From contig JAVJNR010000004.1 of the NCBI GenBank assembly GCA_040217195.1, forward strand, positions 800,001 through 864,000: a stretch of 64,000 nucleotides of DNA, given 5' to 3'. Made by a program: the position numbers and the translations under genes. Source of the stretch: Leptospiraceae bacterium (lineage in GTDB: Bacteria > Spirochaetota > Leptospiria > Leptospirales > Leptonemataceae). This document shows, piece by piece, positions 8,595 to 18,364 of the stretch (the first letter of the stretch is position 1; each line of letters begins with the position of its first letter). The notes under the pieces were generated by a model that worked only from the letters and a program-made list of their open reading frames with translations, had not been told where the DNA came from and searched no databases.

Positions 8595-11030
8595 TCAGTA
8601 TCGAATTATTATTCGATCTGCTTCTGGTTTGAGCTGTAACCCGTAGCCCTTCACGGATAGTCTGGCACCTTCGGATTTGAATTTCAGGCCCTGCAGATCC
8701 AGAAACCCGAGATTCAAATGTATTTGTTTCAGCCTGGACTGAGAAAGCCCCGGAAACTCGATCAGCAACTCTCCTTCATTCTTTTCTAGCTGGCCGCTAA
8801 TGGTCAATTGACCGCCATGAAGAGGGAATGGTCCGAATCTCAGAGGGGCGCCTTGCAGTTCCTTTCGCTTCAATCCAGAGAAGATTCGTAAATGGTCCCC
8901 TCTATCAGAAACAACAAACTCCTTTAGAAGGATAAGCAATTCAGCAGCAGCCCAGCCATGAAATCCATCGCCCATGACCCCGCCTCCAGTATTTGGATGG
9001 ATGGCCTCCGGATAGGTCCAGAGCTGGGTTCTACTTTGCAGCACACGCTTCAAGACTCTGCGAGCTTCCTTAACTTCGTCCAGGCGAAGTAGACACTGAG
9101 CCATCTGAAGACTGAGATAAATATTAAAACCTGAGTGGATAATGGGATGGAAAAAGAGGCCCCGCAGAAAGAACTCTTTGTAGATTTTCATTACAGTGTT
9201 CTTTTCTTCCGCCTCCGGAAGTATCTGAAGATCCAGCGGGTACAACATACAGATACTTCCAATCATACCTGAGTCCACCGGCCGGGAAGGAGCAGCTGTA
9301 AGCACTCCATATTTTTGACGATCCTCCAGTGAAAGGGTAAGAAAATCAGATCTGTAGGAGGCCTCCTCTTTTTCGAATAATTTCTGATCAGCGGTATTGC
9401 CCAGTAGACCTGCTACATAGGAAGCTTCTCGAACCCCACCGATGCTCCAGAGATTATCCCAGTAATAATGATCGGCGGGACCAAGATGCTCTGCACTGAA
9501 GCCGGCAGGCATTAATCTTTTTTCATAGCCTCGCTTTCTCTTTTTGCGAATCCATTCCACCCCTTTACGAATTGAATCATAGCTGGATTTCAGAAGCTCA
9601 ACATCGCCTGTCATTCGAGCAAAATGAGTTAATGTCCAGATAGCCTGACCATTGGAGTCCCATTCCCCTTCATGAGAGCGGAAGAAACCGTCTTTTTCCT
9701 GACGATCCGGATAGGTTTCCAGAACAGTTCTGGCCTGTTTCAGATAATTCCAGCCGGAAAGGGCGCTAAGCATGTAGGCAGCATCCCTGAACCAGAATTG
9801 ACGATAGGTAAAGACTCCCGGGGTGATTTTCTTACCTGTTTGCAGAGAGAGCACAAAACCTTTGTTGATTCTCGCAGCCTGATTCCAGAGCTCTCTGGCG
9901 CATTGAAATACAGATCCCGGCTGGGTGTAGCGAGTCCATTGCTCCCCGCTTTCCTTCATCTCCGCTTCCAGAAGCTCCTCGCTTCTAAAACGACTGGTGA
10001 GAGGAAAATCATCCTGCACAATTAGCTTTTCGCGCATCTTTTCGCCTTCTCGGCGAATGTCATCTAGCTGCGGTGCTTCGCTCTGCTGTCTCAGCGCAGC
10101 CCGGTTCTCGAATTCCAGTTCTGGAGGCAGAACCTGTTCATAGGTCCGAGCATGAAAACGAATCCTTCCTTTCCCTTTCAGCCTGTAATGAAACGCACCT
10201 GTGGCAATTCCATAGGCACAATTGATTTCGCCCACCATGGTTCGGTTGAAATAGGCATCCCCTCGTTCCAGAGAAGAACATACAACCAGGTCCGGAGTAT
10301 CCAGAAGTCCAATTTCTTCCTTACCGTTTACATAGACCGTGCCACCAATTCGATCCGGACTGAACTTTAGATCATTTATCAATGCCGCCCCTTCTGGATT
10401 AAATGGGCGAACTCCTACGATGATCTCCCATCCAGGAGAACCTGATTCCCATTCCACCAGATTCAGTATGGCGCCGTCCTCGCGAGGAGATCCACAGACC
10501 TTCCATGTAACGCGAATGTCATCTCGGCTGTAGGTAGTAATCGGAAGAGGCAAATCCTTTTGCAGAGTTTGTTCAACTTTGACCTGCCCCCTGGCCGGTA
10601 GATAGATGCGACCGTTCTTCCAGAGTGCGATTTCAATACTATAATAGCCAATAACCGGGCTCAGCCCACCAGCCGGGTCTATCAAAGCGAAGGATGGAGT
10701 ATTGGGACCCCGGACACCAAGCCAGTTGCGATGGGTAAGATTCAGGCTCAGCATGGAACCTGCTCTGGGAATAAACGATGGATCCTCTGGATTGTACTGT
10801 CGCTCAACCCAGTAGGGTCCGGCAAAATTGCGGTAGAACTGAAAAAAGCAATAGTTCCACATTCCGCTGGCAATCACTCTGGACGCCAGGGGCAGGTTTT
10901 CCGCCGGGAATAAAGCGCTACTGGGGTTGGTTAGACGAAATCCGCCTGAAATGAGGCGACTAACATCCGGATGAAGCCCCATGAAGCGCGCGAGGCTTGT
11001 AAGCCCCCGTCGCACCAGGGTGCTCTTCAT
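8595..11030 (-). CDS. Six-hairpin glycosidase-like protein (GH15/GH63-like)
   Basis: YRQFWFRDAAY motif, EWDSNGQAIW, C-terminal YPEAIHP...HGWAAA typical of (alpha/alpha)6 glycosidases. Confidence 0.7.
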   Translation of the reverse strand: MKSTLVRRGLTSLARFMGLHPDVSRLISGGFRLTNPSSALFPAENLPLASRVIASGMWNYCFFQFYRNFAGPYWVERQYNPEDPSFIPRAGSMLSLNLTHRNWLGVRGPNTPSFALIDPAGGLSPVIGYYSIEIALWKNGRIYLPARGQVKVEQTLQKDLPLPITTYSRDDIRVTWKVCGSPREDGAILNLVEWESGSPGWEIIVGVRPFNPEGAALINDLKFSPDRIGGTVYVNGKEEIGLLDTPDLVVCSSLERGDAYFNRTMVGEINCAYGIATGAFHYRLKGKGRIRFHARTYEQVLPPELEFENRAALRQQSEAPQLDDIRREGEKMREKLIVQDDFPLTSRFRSEELLEAEMKESGEQWTRYTQPGSVFQCARELWNQAARINKGFVLSLQTGKKITPGVFTYRQFWFRDAAYMLSALSGWNYLKQARTVLETYPDRQEKDGFFRSHEGEWDSNGQAIWTLTHFARMTGDVELLKSSYDSIRKGVEWIRKKRKRGYEKRLMPAGFSAEHLGPADHYYWDNLWSIGGVREASYVAGLLGNTADQKLFEKEEASYRSDFLTLSLEDRQKYGVLTAAPSRPVDSGMIGSICMLYPLDLQILPEAEEKNTVMKIYKEFFLRGLFFHPIIHSGFNIYLSLQMAQCLLRLDEVKEARRVLKRVLQSRTQLWTYPEAIHPNTGGGVMGDGFHGWAAAELLILLKEFVVSDRGDHLRIFSGLKRKELQGAPLRFGPFPLHGGQLTISGQLEKNEGELLIEFPGLSQSRLKQIHLNLGFLDLQGLKFKSEGARLSVKGYGLQLKPEADRIIIRY

Positions 11031-11033
11031 GAA

Positions 11034-11369
11034 TTATTCTCCGGCCAGTGCTTCCTCTTCGGACTCATAGATGTCGAACATGTCCATGAGCTCCACCACC
11101 TCAAACACTTTCCGAACTGCCAGTGACAAATTGCAAAGCTTGAGATTACGTCCCGACTCTTTCAATGTTCTCATCAGGGATACAAATACCCTTAGACCGG
11201 AAGAGGACATATATTCCACATCGTCCAGGTTCAGCACGATACTCTTCTGGTCATTCTTCTGGATGATATCATTCAGCTCATTTTCAATTTCAGATGCCAG
11301 ATGTACATCCATGCGACCATGGAGATAAACCACCATGTTAGAACCGCTTTCTTTTACTTTCAGACTCAT
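11034..11369 (-). CDS. STAS-domain anti-sigma-factor antagonist (RsbV/SpoIIAA-like)
   Basis: GRMD...LNLDDVEYMSSSGLRVF with the phosphorylatable Ser; 111 aa. Confidence 0.93.
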   Translation of the reverse strand: MSLKVKESGSNMVVYLHGRMDVHLASEIENELNDIIQKNDQKSIVLNLDDVEYMSSSGLRVFVSLMRTLKESGRNLKLCNLSLAVRKVFEVVELMDMFDIYESEEEALAGE

Positions 11370-11435
11370 ACGCCCTCTATCTCGGATTTCTATTGTAATG
11401 GACTATCCATATACGCAAGAATAAGACGAAAAAAA

Positions 11436-14174
11436 TCACACTTTTTTTTCCATCCGAAGGTAGTTCACTCCACCTTCCCTGCGATACTGAACTTTATCCA
11501 TCAATGATCGAATTAAGAATACTCCAAAGCCGCCCTTTCGGCGACCTGCCAGGTTTTCATTTACATCTGGCTGGGCCACCTCATCTATATCGAACGGTCT
11601 ACCCCTGTCCTCGAATTCCATACGCAGCAATCTTCCCTGGCCAATTTGAACCTTGCATAGAAAATCGGGCTCAAGAATCTTACTTTCTTCAAATGCATGA
11701 AGAATGATATTGGTGGCAGCTTCATCGGAAACCAGCAAAATATCTTCCTGGTCCTGACCAGTCACATTATTTGCTTCCAGAATCCGAGTTATCTCATCCC
11801 TCAGCAAGGGAACACTGGAGGCGCGGGCCGGAAAGCGGAATTCGAAGTTTTGCCCTTTTAAATCCCTGTACAATCTAGTGACCAGCATGGTGAAATCATC
11901 ATACTGCAAATCCGATTCTGCAAAACTTGTTACATTTTTGTAGACCAGATCAATTAGTTGTGTTGCAGGCAGACTTCTATTCTGCTCCAGAAGTCCGCGA
12001 AAATTGTCCAGGTCGTATTCTTCATTTTGCAGATTGATTGCCTCTACCACGCCATCCGTATAAAGGATCAAAAGGTCGCCATTGTTCACCTGGGTTTCCC
12101 GACTTTCAAACTTTCCAGTGCCTGAAGGAATGACACCCAGAGGGGCTCCCCGAGAGTTGAGCACTTCCGTATCGCCATCTTTTCTTACCAGAAGCATTTC
12201 ATTATGACCGGCTGAAGCGTACCGCAGAGTACCATTGGCAGGATTATACCTGGCCAGAAAGACGGTGACGAACATTCCGGATTCGCTCTCTTCATACAAT
12301 AGATCATTTGCCTGTCGGAGTATTTCGGCAGGGTTTCGTTCAGTTCGAATGATAGTACGCAGAATGGAACTGGACACCGCCATAAAAAGCGCTGCAGGTA
12401 ACGATTTTCCGGACACATCGGCCACAAGCATCGTAACTTCACCATCATCGCTGTGCACATGATAATCATAGAAGTCCCCGCCGGTGGTGCGAGCCATAAT
12501 GGAACGGGCCCCCAGCTCCATATATTGATGAAAGGGGATTCTGGAAGGCAGAATGTTCTTTTGGATTTTGGAGGTAATCTCCACTTCCTTTTCAATGGCA
12601 CGCTTGGCCAGAAGCTCTTCGTTCAGTTTGAAGTTTTCATACCCCCGCATGGTTTGAGAAACTATAGTGGAAAGCAACAGAAAGTCTTCCCTGGTGAAGC
12701 TGCCTGTTTCCGGATCGGCCACGCACAGCAATCCAAAAGGCTCTTCGCTGCTGGATGCTTTCATGGGAATGATAATACAGGACCTGGAGTCATACAGATC
12801 CGGTTTTTCTATCTGAGCCAGACTGGGATCATCTCCAAAATCTTCGACGAACAGTGGGTTGCCCTGCTCCATTACTCGAGCGGAGAGCTCAAAAGTATAG
12901 AGAGAAACGTCTTCAGAGTATTCTCCCTGTTTGGCCACAACTTCCAGCTCTCCATGAGAGTTCTTTAGTAAGAAGCTGGCCCGACCTGCTTTCATATCTT
13001 CGCAGATTACATGCAAGACGTTGGCAAACAACTCTTCGATTGAATGAGCATCTACCAGGATTCGCGCAACCGAATGTAAACTTGTAACTTCCCTTAGCTT
13101 CTTCTCCAGCTGTTCATTGGTGCTCTGCAAATCGTCCAGAAGCATTCTTCGCTGCAGAGCAATGGCAACAGAATCGCTAAAGCTTTCAAAAATCTCCAGA
13201 TCCTGCTGAGTGAAATCAGCTCGATCGATTGTGTTTAAGACTTCGATAACTCCAATCACCCGGTCACTCACAACCAGGGGACAGGCCATCAGGTTTCGAG
13301 TAACATTCTGTGCTACTTCATCTACTTTTTTGAATAGCCTGGGATCGTTCTGTGCATCATTTACGATAATAGACCGTTTTTCCCGAGCACATATCCCAAC
13401 AATTCCCTGACCCTGAGGAATGCGCATACCACGCAATTGAGTCTGCTCTCCGGAAATTACATCGAATACCATTTCCCCGGTAGATTCATCGTTTAGAAAT
13501 ACGCTGGCACTTTCAGCGTGAATGACTCGTCGAGCACTAAGAAGCACAACCTGAATCATCTCATTCAATTCGCGCGATGAGTTAATTACATTCGATACTT
13601 CCAGAACCGTTTTTAGCTGGTAACCGGATTCTTTTACCTTCTGGTTTAAATGCGCATTCTCCAGAAGCAAAAGCAGACTACTTTTAAAATTAAGCCGCAG
13701 GTTCGGAGTATCAACGTAGCTACTCTTTAAGAGGATTGCGAAGGTTGCTGCGAAATTACGAACCAGATTCAGGTCATTCTCATAGAACTTCTCAAAATAC
13801 AGCGGCTTTCGCAGGACGATGGCACCGATTTCTCCATCCTGGGAGGAAAGTACGATGGCCAGAGAAGCCTTCTGCCCTGCCTCTTCGCCTTCCTTTAACT
13901 GCTCTTCCGGTCCGATAGCACTCTCAGGTATAATGTTCTTACTGGATCGAGTTTTTAGACTTTCCAGGGCCAGCGCCTCTGCCTCGGATGAATGGAGATC
14001 CTCCCGGAATGCAAAGAGCTTTCCTTCTTCCGTGTACAGAAATAGATTGCCTTCGCCTGCGCGCACCATCCGGCAGGCTTCATCCAGAGCAAGCTCCAGA
14101 ATGTAATCTACCTCGGCATTCCGGCTGATGGTCACATAACCTTTGCCGGTCTTATTAAGCAGTGGTAGACTCAA
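11436..14174 (-). CDS. Multi-GAF sensor / PP2C (SpoIIE) phosphatase / RsbW-like HATPase fusion
   Basis: GAF repeats (GQGIVG...NDAQNDPR); GGDFYD, ADVSGK, YTDGVVE, DDFT PP2C motifs; C-terminal EAATNIILH, DRGRPFD, GGFGVFLI. Confidence 0.9.
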   Translation of the reverse strand: MSLPLLNKTGKGYVTISRNAEVDYILELALDEACRMVRAGEGNLFLYTEEGKLFAFREDLHSSEAEALALESLKTRSSKNIIPESAIGPEEQLKEGEEAGQKASLAIVLSSQDGEIGAIVLRKPLYFEKFYENDLNLVRNFAATFAILLKSSYVDTPNLRLNFKSSLLLLLENAHLNQKVKESGYQLKTVLEVSNVINSSRELNEMIQVVLLSARRVIHAESASVFLNDESTGEMVFDVISGEQTQLRGMRIPQGQGIVGICAREKRSIIVNDAQNDPRLFKKVDEVAQNVTRNLMACPLVVSDRVIGVIEVLNTIDRADFTQQDLEIFESFSDSVAIALQRRMLLDDLQSTNEQLEKKLREVTSLHSVARILVDAHSIEELFANVLHVICEDMKAGRASFLLKNSHGELEVVAKQGEYSEDVSLYTFELSARVMEQGNPLFVEDFGDDPSLAQIEKPDLYDSRSCIIIPMKASSSEEPFGLLCVADPETGSFTREDFLLLSTIVSQTMRGYENFKLNEELLAKRAIEKEVEITSKIQKNILPSRIPFHQYMELGARSIMARTTGGDFYDYHVHSDDGEVTMLVADVSGKSLPAALFMAVSSSILRTIIRTERNPAEILRQANDLLYEESESGMFVTVFLARYNPANGTLRYASAGHNEMLLVRKDGDTEVLNSRGAPLGVIPSGTGKFESRETQVNNGDLLILYTDGVVEAINLQNEEYDLDNFRGLLEQNRSLPATQLIDLVYKNVTSFAESDLQYDDFTMLVTRLYRDLKGQNFEFRFPARASSVPLLRDEITRILEANNVTGQDQEDILLVSDEAATNIILHAFEESKILEPDFLCKVQIGQGRLLRMEFEDRGRPFDIDEVAQPDVNENLAGRRKGGFGVFLIRSLMDKVQYRREGGVNYLRMEKKV

Positions 14175-15532
14175 CTCATAGCACCCCGAACATGATCTAC
14201 AATAGCCGATGAATCATAGAGTTCAATGGGACGATTCCCCGCGAACTCAATGGCTGCCGGTGCAATCTCTCCTACAGTCATGAGAACCCCTCTCTGAGCT
14301 CCCCGTTCTTTCATCTGCTCATGGAATTCCCGGACCTGTTTTTCCGTTACTGTATTTAAATCCCGCTGTAAATAGAATAGAGCGTAGAAGCGACGATTCG
14401 CACGTTTCATGGCATCCGTTTCTGACAGAAGGGCCGTAATGGAAGTATCCCGACTCATACTTAGCTGATTTATGGAGAAGCCCATATTTTCGATAAGCTT
14501 CCTGGTTACAGACTCGAACTGGGCACCGGAGGCGATCATGAAGTCCTTAATAGAATCGTCTGTACGAAAGTCCGAGTATTGCTTCAACTTCTGCGAAACA
14601 TCACGATAGTCTGGCTTAATGGAGTTAAGTTTTTCCCAGTGCTCTATGGCAGTATGCATATCCCGGTTTAACTCTGCAGCAGCCGCGGCCATGTAATGAA
14701 GCTGGAGAAACATATCTGAGTTTTTCTCAACCAGTTTAAGAGCTTTCTGAAATTCCGCCACGGCCTGAATGTAGGATTTTTGATCCATCATGACCAATCC
14801 CCTGGTCAGAATGACTCGCGGTTTAAGATCGTCATCTTTAATGGCTCGATCCAGAGCCTTTAGAGCACCCTCTCCATCCTGCAGGAATCGTAATGCTAGA
14901 CCAAGATAGTAATGCGCATGGGCATCGGAAGGGGCAAGCTGAGTGGCAGTTTGCAATGCATTTCTGGCTTCATGATAATTGTTCATCTGAAAATGAGCCT
15001 GGCCCAGAGCTGACCAGGAATCCGCATGGGCCGGATTCAATCGCGTGGCCTGCGTCAAAAACTTGATAGCCTTGGGTTGCAATCCGCCCCGCTGGAACAG
15101 CCTGCCTACCTCATAGTAGTTCTCATAGTTATCGGGTTGTACCTGCGTTAAAATCAGGTACTCATTTTTAGCTTCTGTATAATTGCCGATGGAGAGTTGA
15201 CAGTCGGCCAGTCTCTTTCGCACTTCCGGCTCAGGTGTTTCTGGGCTGAATTTTGCAATCTTGATGCATCTTCTGTAATTCAGGATGGCATTACTGTAAT
15301 CGCCGGTCTTTTGATGGCAAAGTCCCAGAAGATAGACGGCCTTCATGTTACGGTCATCTTTTTCCAGAATTCGATTCAACAGTACTATGGCATCTTTGTA
15401 CTTACCACGGCTGATCAGATTTTCGATTTCCTCGATCTTCTTGGGTCCTGCAAGGGACACTACAAAGTAGTAGGCTCCAACGAAGATAAATAGAGCCAGG
15501 GCACCCAGGATTATATAGGATGTTAAGGTCAC
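14171..15532 (-). CDS. Membrane-anchored TPR protein with C-terminal Mrr-like (restriction endonuclease fold) domain
   Basis: N-terminal TM; about 8 TPR-like helical repeats; QFES...LIENMGF...V..KQVREF...GVLMT..E...AAIEFA...IELYD matches Mrr_cat-like pattern. GTG start. Confidence 0.8.
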   Translation of the reverse strand: MTLTSYIILGALALFIFVGAYYFVVSLAGPKKIEEIENLISRGKYKDAIVLLNRILEKDDRNMKAVYLLGLCHQKTGDYSNAILNYRRCIKIAKFSPETPEPEVRKRLADCQLSIGNYTEAKNEYLILTQVQPDNYENYYEVGRLFQRGGLQPKAIKFLTQATRLNPAHADSWSALGQAHFQMNNYHEARNALQTATQLAPSDAHAHYYLGLALRFLQDGEGALKALDRAIKDDDLKPRVILTRGLVMMDQKSYIQAVAEFQKALKLVEKNSDMFLQLHYMAAAAAELNRDMHTAIEHWEKLNSIKPDYRDVSQKLKQYSDFRTDDSIKDFMIASGAQFESVTRKLIENMGFSINQLSMSRDTSITALLSETDAMKRANRRFYALFYLQRDLNTVTEKQVREFHEQMKERGAQRGVLMTVGEIAPAAIEFAGNRPIELYDSSAIVDHVRGAMS

Positions 15533-15702
15533 GCTATAGCTAAGGGACGGAAAATTGCATGGTCTTGCAACTAGTTTTAAGAGACCCTGGATTTCCAGTG
15601 TGCTGACTTAAAGCGCCGCCAGGAGATGAGCCCGGGTCTGCGGTTGGAACAGGAAAAATCCTTGAATGGGCAGAGGGTCCGGAAAATTTGACTCATCCGA
15701 TT

Positions 15703-15775
15703 GGGGGCGTAGCTCAGTTGGGAGAGCGTTAGAATGGCATTCTAAAGGTCAGGGGTTCGATCCCCCTCGTCTCCA
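15703..15775 (+). tRNA. tRNA-Ala (GGC), CCA not encoded
   Basis: Cloverleaf: GGGGGCG/CGTCTCC acceptor with G3:U70, D-arm AGCTCAGTTGGGAGAGC, anticodon stem TTAGA/TCTAA with loop ATGGCAT, T-loop GTTCGATCC. Confidence 0.97.
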
Positions 15776-15849
15776 CATCCCATGCTGGACATTTTTCCTT
15801 CCCGGTGTTTTATTGGCCTGACAGGCCCCATCGGGACCGGAGAAAAACA

Positions 15850-16410
15850 ATGGCAGTTCGAAAAATCCTTAGAATCGGTCACCCCTTGCTCAGACAGCGA
15901 TCCGAGGAAGTACCGGTCACCGAGATCCGATCATCAGAAATTAAAAAACTAATTCGCGATATGTACGATTCCATGGAGTCGGCAGAGGGTATAGGCCTGG
16001 CCGCCCCGCAAATTGGAGTTCTTAAAAGGGTTGTGGTGGTCGGTTTTTACAGAACCGATCGATACCCGGAACTGCAGGATGGAATTGAACGGCGAATTCT
16101 AATAAACCCGGAAATTGAAATCCTGGAATCTCCCAGTGTTGGCTTCTGGGAAGGATGCCTCTCAGTGCCCGATATGCGAGGTTACGTTGAACGTAAGCGC
16201 AAGATTCGGTTGAAGTTCTACGATGAAAAAGAAGAGTTCCATGATGAAGTGATCGAAGGTTTCGATGCAGTGGTTTATCAGCATGAATGTGATCACCTGG
16301 ATGGAATCCTCTATGTGGACCGACTCAAGGATCCGGGACTGTTTGGCTACAACGATGAGCTCGACATGGCCGATAAAAGCGCCGGAAAAGAGCCCGCTCA
16401 AGTAGTATAG
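15850..16410 (+). CDS. def: Peptide deformylase
   Basis: [15 protein letters not shown] and QHECDHLDG motifs; likely start ATG 15850 (MAVRKIL). Confidence 0.97.
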   Translation: MAVRKILRIGHPLLRQRSEEVPVTEIRSSEIKKLIRDMYDSMESAEGIGLAAPQIGVLKRVVVVGFYRTDRYPELQDGIERRILINPEIEILESPSVGFWEGCLSVPDMRGYVERKRKIRLKFYDEKEEFHDEVIEGFDAVVYQHECDHLDGILYVDRLKDPGLFGYNDELDMADKSAGKEPAQVV

Positions 16411-16550
16411 GGTTTTCTTTTATCATTTCTGCTACGCTTAGTTGCCAGTCCCAATGACCAGACTGCCGGGAGAAACAGGCCCCAAAACCGGAGCCTGTTC
16501 GCTGCCAATTGCGCACTTGACAGTTTCCTGGATTGGCTCAATCTATTGAC

Positions 16551-16892
16551 ATGAACATGAAGAGAACCCTTCCGGCTGTTCTACTGTCGGGAATAATTCT
16601 GGGCGCCGGTATCGTATGTACTCCACTACAGGCTGATGCTATAGGCAAGGATTGCACTTTCAAAGGAACTCCGCTGAAAGGTAAGGTAAAAGTTGTAGAT
16701 AGCTTTCCGGATTTCAAGGTCAAGGTCGTGGAATCCTTCCCGGACTTGAAGGTTAAGACTGTGGATAGTTTTCCAGACGATTGCGGAGAATGGAAGTTTG
16801 TGGATTCCTTCCCTGATTTTACCGTCAAATTCGTAGAATCCTTTCCGGACTTTGAGATAAAAATGGTAACCTCATTTCCAGGATTGCCCTGA
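16551..16892 (+). CDS. Secreted small protein with about six 11-aa 'V-K-x-V-D/E-S-F-P-D' repeats
   Basis: Signal peptide (LQA-DA) then VKVVDSFPDF KVKVVESFPDL KVKTVDSFPD...WKFVDSFPDF TVKFVESFPDF EIKMVTSFPG. Confidence 0.85.
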   Translation: MNMKRTLPAVLLSGIILGAGIVCTPLQADAIGKDCTFKGTPLKGKVKVVDSFPDFKVKVVESFPDLKVKTVDSFPDDCGEWKFVDSFPDFTVKFVESFPDFEIKMVTSFPGLP

Positions 16893-16953
16893 TATAAATC
16901 CAAAGGTAGCGAGATCATTCCCGGAAACAGTCCATTCAGGGCTGTAAAAGCGC

Positions 16954-16984
16954 AAACCGGAAGCTGCTGCTAAGCTTCCGGTTT
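16954..16984. terminator. Hairpin between convergent genes (probable bidirectional terminator)
   Basis: Perfect 12-bp stem AAACCGGAAGCT / AGCTTCCGGTTT. Confidence 0.7.
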
Positions 16985-17014
16985 AAATGTTACTCTATTT
17001 CTTTGCCCTGGCCG

Positions 17015-18100
17015 TCAGCATGCAGGCACCGTTATCGGATAAAGTACATAGTGCTCGCTGTTTTCGATATCATCCGATTCGCCGTCTGGACGAAGTAGAT
17101 TAATAATCACCCATAGACCCGAATTCTTCTTTTCCAGGTAAATATGGCTGGGTCTTCCACCATCCAGCTGGATTTCCACCACGGCACGATCCCCCTGTTT
17201 TTCCAGGACCCGAACGTTGTAATGACAGTCCCGACCGCCCCGTCCTTCGCGAATCTGGCTTCGAATCTTTTTCTCCAGACCGCGAGCCAGTTCCACTCGA
17301 CGATCCAGAAGCATACGATGAGCTCGGCTATCCCTGGCCACACCCTTTCGTTCCATTATTCTTTCCATGCTGTTGTCAATGACTGCCTGGGTATCCATAA
17401 ATCTCATGAACTCGTCATCATCACCAGCGCAGGCTGCTTCCTGAATTCTACGTGCTGTTTCCAGCGGACTTTCTGGATCTGCGCCCCAGGTGGGTCCGGC
17501 CACGTCTTCGCCCAGGGAAGTTCTGGATGGATTAGAATCGGAACCCTTGCCGGCACTTGCGGTGCGGGGTGTATTCTTTTTCGCAGAGCGACCTGTTTCC
17601 AGAGAAACCACAGTCCATCTGCCATCGCTTTTTTCCAGAAGTACAAATCGATCTTCCCTGGTAGGTAGGCGGCTAATGACTCGAGCTCGATTTCCATCCT
17701 GGCTTTCCAGTACAGCCTGAGCTTTGCAGTTCACCGAGTAATCCTCTGTAGCGATGGAATTCCTGAGCTCCCTTTTGATTTGAGAAATAAAGAAACGGAT
17801 GCGTCTTTCCTTTTCCCGGGTGGACAGATGATTCTTGTCGGCCACCTCTGCAGCAGCAATCTCCTGGAAGGCTCGATCCAGATCCACAACATTGTCAAAA
17901 GCCTGAAAATCGCCGGCGCAGAGTGCCTCATGCATGGCTCTGACTGCTTCTTCGGGAGTCTGACTACCGTTCCCGGAAGCATTTCTAGGCTCACTGCGAA
18001 CCTTGCCTGTGTCAGCCACCGGTGCCGATTGTAGGCCGCCCTGAGCGAAAAATAGTGCCAGCAGGCCAATTACGAATAGTTGGAATCCTCGCATAATCAT
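17015..18100 (-). CDS. Secreted protein with two NTF2-like (DUF4878-like) domains
   Basis: Signal peptide; two repeats of P...(A)C.GD...D ... C...V..+.G.+A.V......L.K..G.W.V. Confidence 0.75.
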   Translation of the reverse strand: MIMRGFQLFVIGLLALFFAQGGLQSAPVADTGKVRSEPRNASGNGSQTPEEAVRAMHEALCAGDFQAFDNVVDLDRAFQEIAAAEVADKNHLSTREKERRIRFFISQIKRELRNSIATEDYSVNCKAQAVLESQDGNRARVISRLPTREDRFVLLEKSDGRWTVVSLETGRSAKKNTPRTASAGKGSDSNPSRTSLGEDVAGPTWGADPESPLETARRIQEAACAGDDDEFMRFMDTQAVIDNSMERIMERKGVARDSRAHRMLLDRRVELARGLEKKIRSQIREGRGGRDCHYNVRVLEKQGDRAVVEIQLDGGRPSHIYLEKKNSGLWVIINLLRPDGESDDIENSEHYVLYPITVPAC

Positions 18101-18324
18101 CTCCCGGAGCCAGAATCATTATGCATTCCGGGGGTACGTCAATAAGAATCACTGGAATTCAAGATTGCCCGGGATAAATACAGTTGTCTGAATCCTTATG
18201 CGATTAGACGAAAAATGGAGGAATCCGGTTCTAAATACTACAGTACAGAAAAGGCTGATCTGAATGAGCACGGAACGAAAGTAAGGTTCAAAGCATCTGA
18301 CTGGATTATGTCTCTAAAGGCAGG

Positions 18325-18357
18325 AAAAGAAAAGCCGGAATGACTGGCATTCCGACT
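18325..18357 (-). terminator. Rho-independent terminator of the upstream lipoprotein gene
   Basis: Minus strand AGTCGGAATG-CCAGT-CATTCCGGCT-TTTCTTTT just after stop at 18365. Confidence 0.75.
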
Positions 18358-18364
18358 GATTCAA

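Noticed and set aside
14171..15532. Mrr-type restriction/defence system
   Set aside because: Catalytic residues are not evident, the protein is membrane-anchored, the context is a signalling operon, and no defence genes are nearby.
15703..15850. tRNA-Ala as an integration site for an island or prophage
   Set aside because: No integrase, no duplicated tRNA 3' end seen, and a housekeeping gene (def) follows directly.
16680..16885. 33-nt periodic repeats as a CRISPR array or VNTR
   Set aside because: They are degenerate in-frame coding repeats with no unique spacers and no cas genes.
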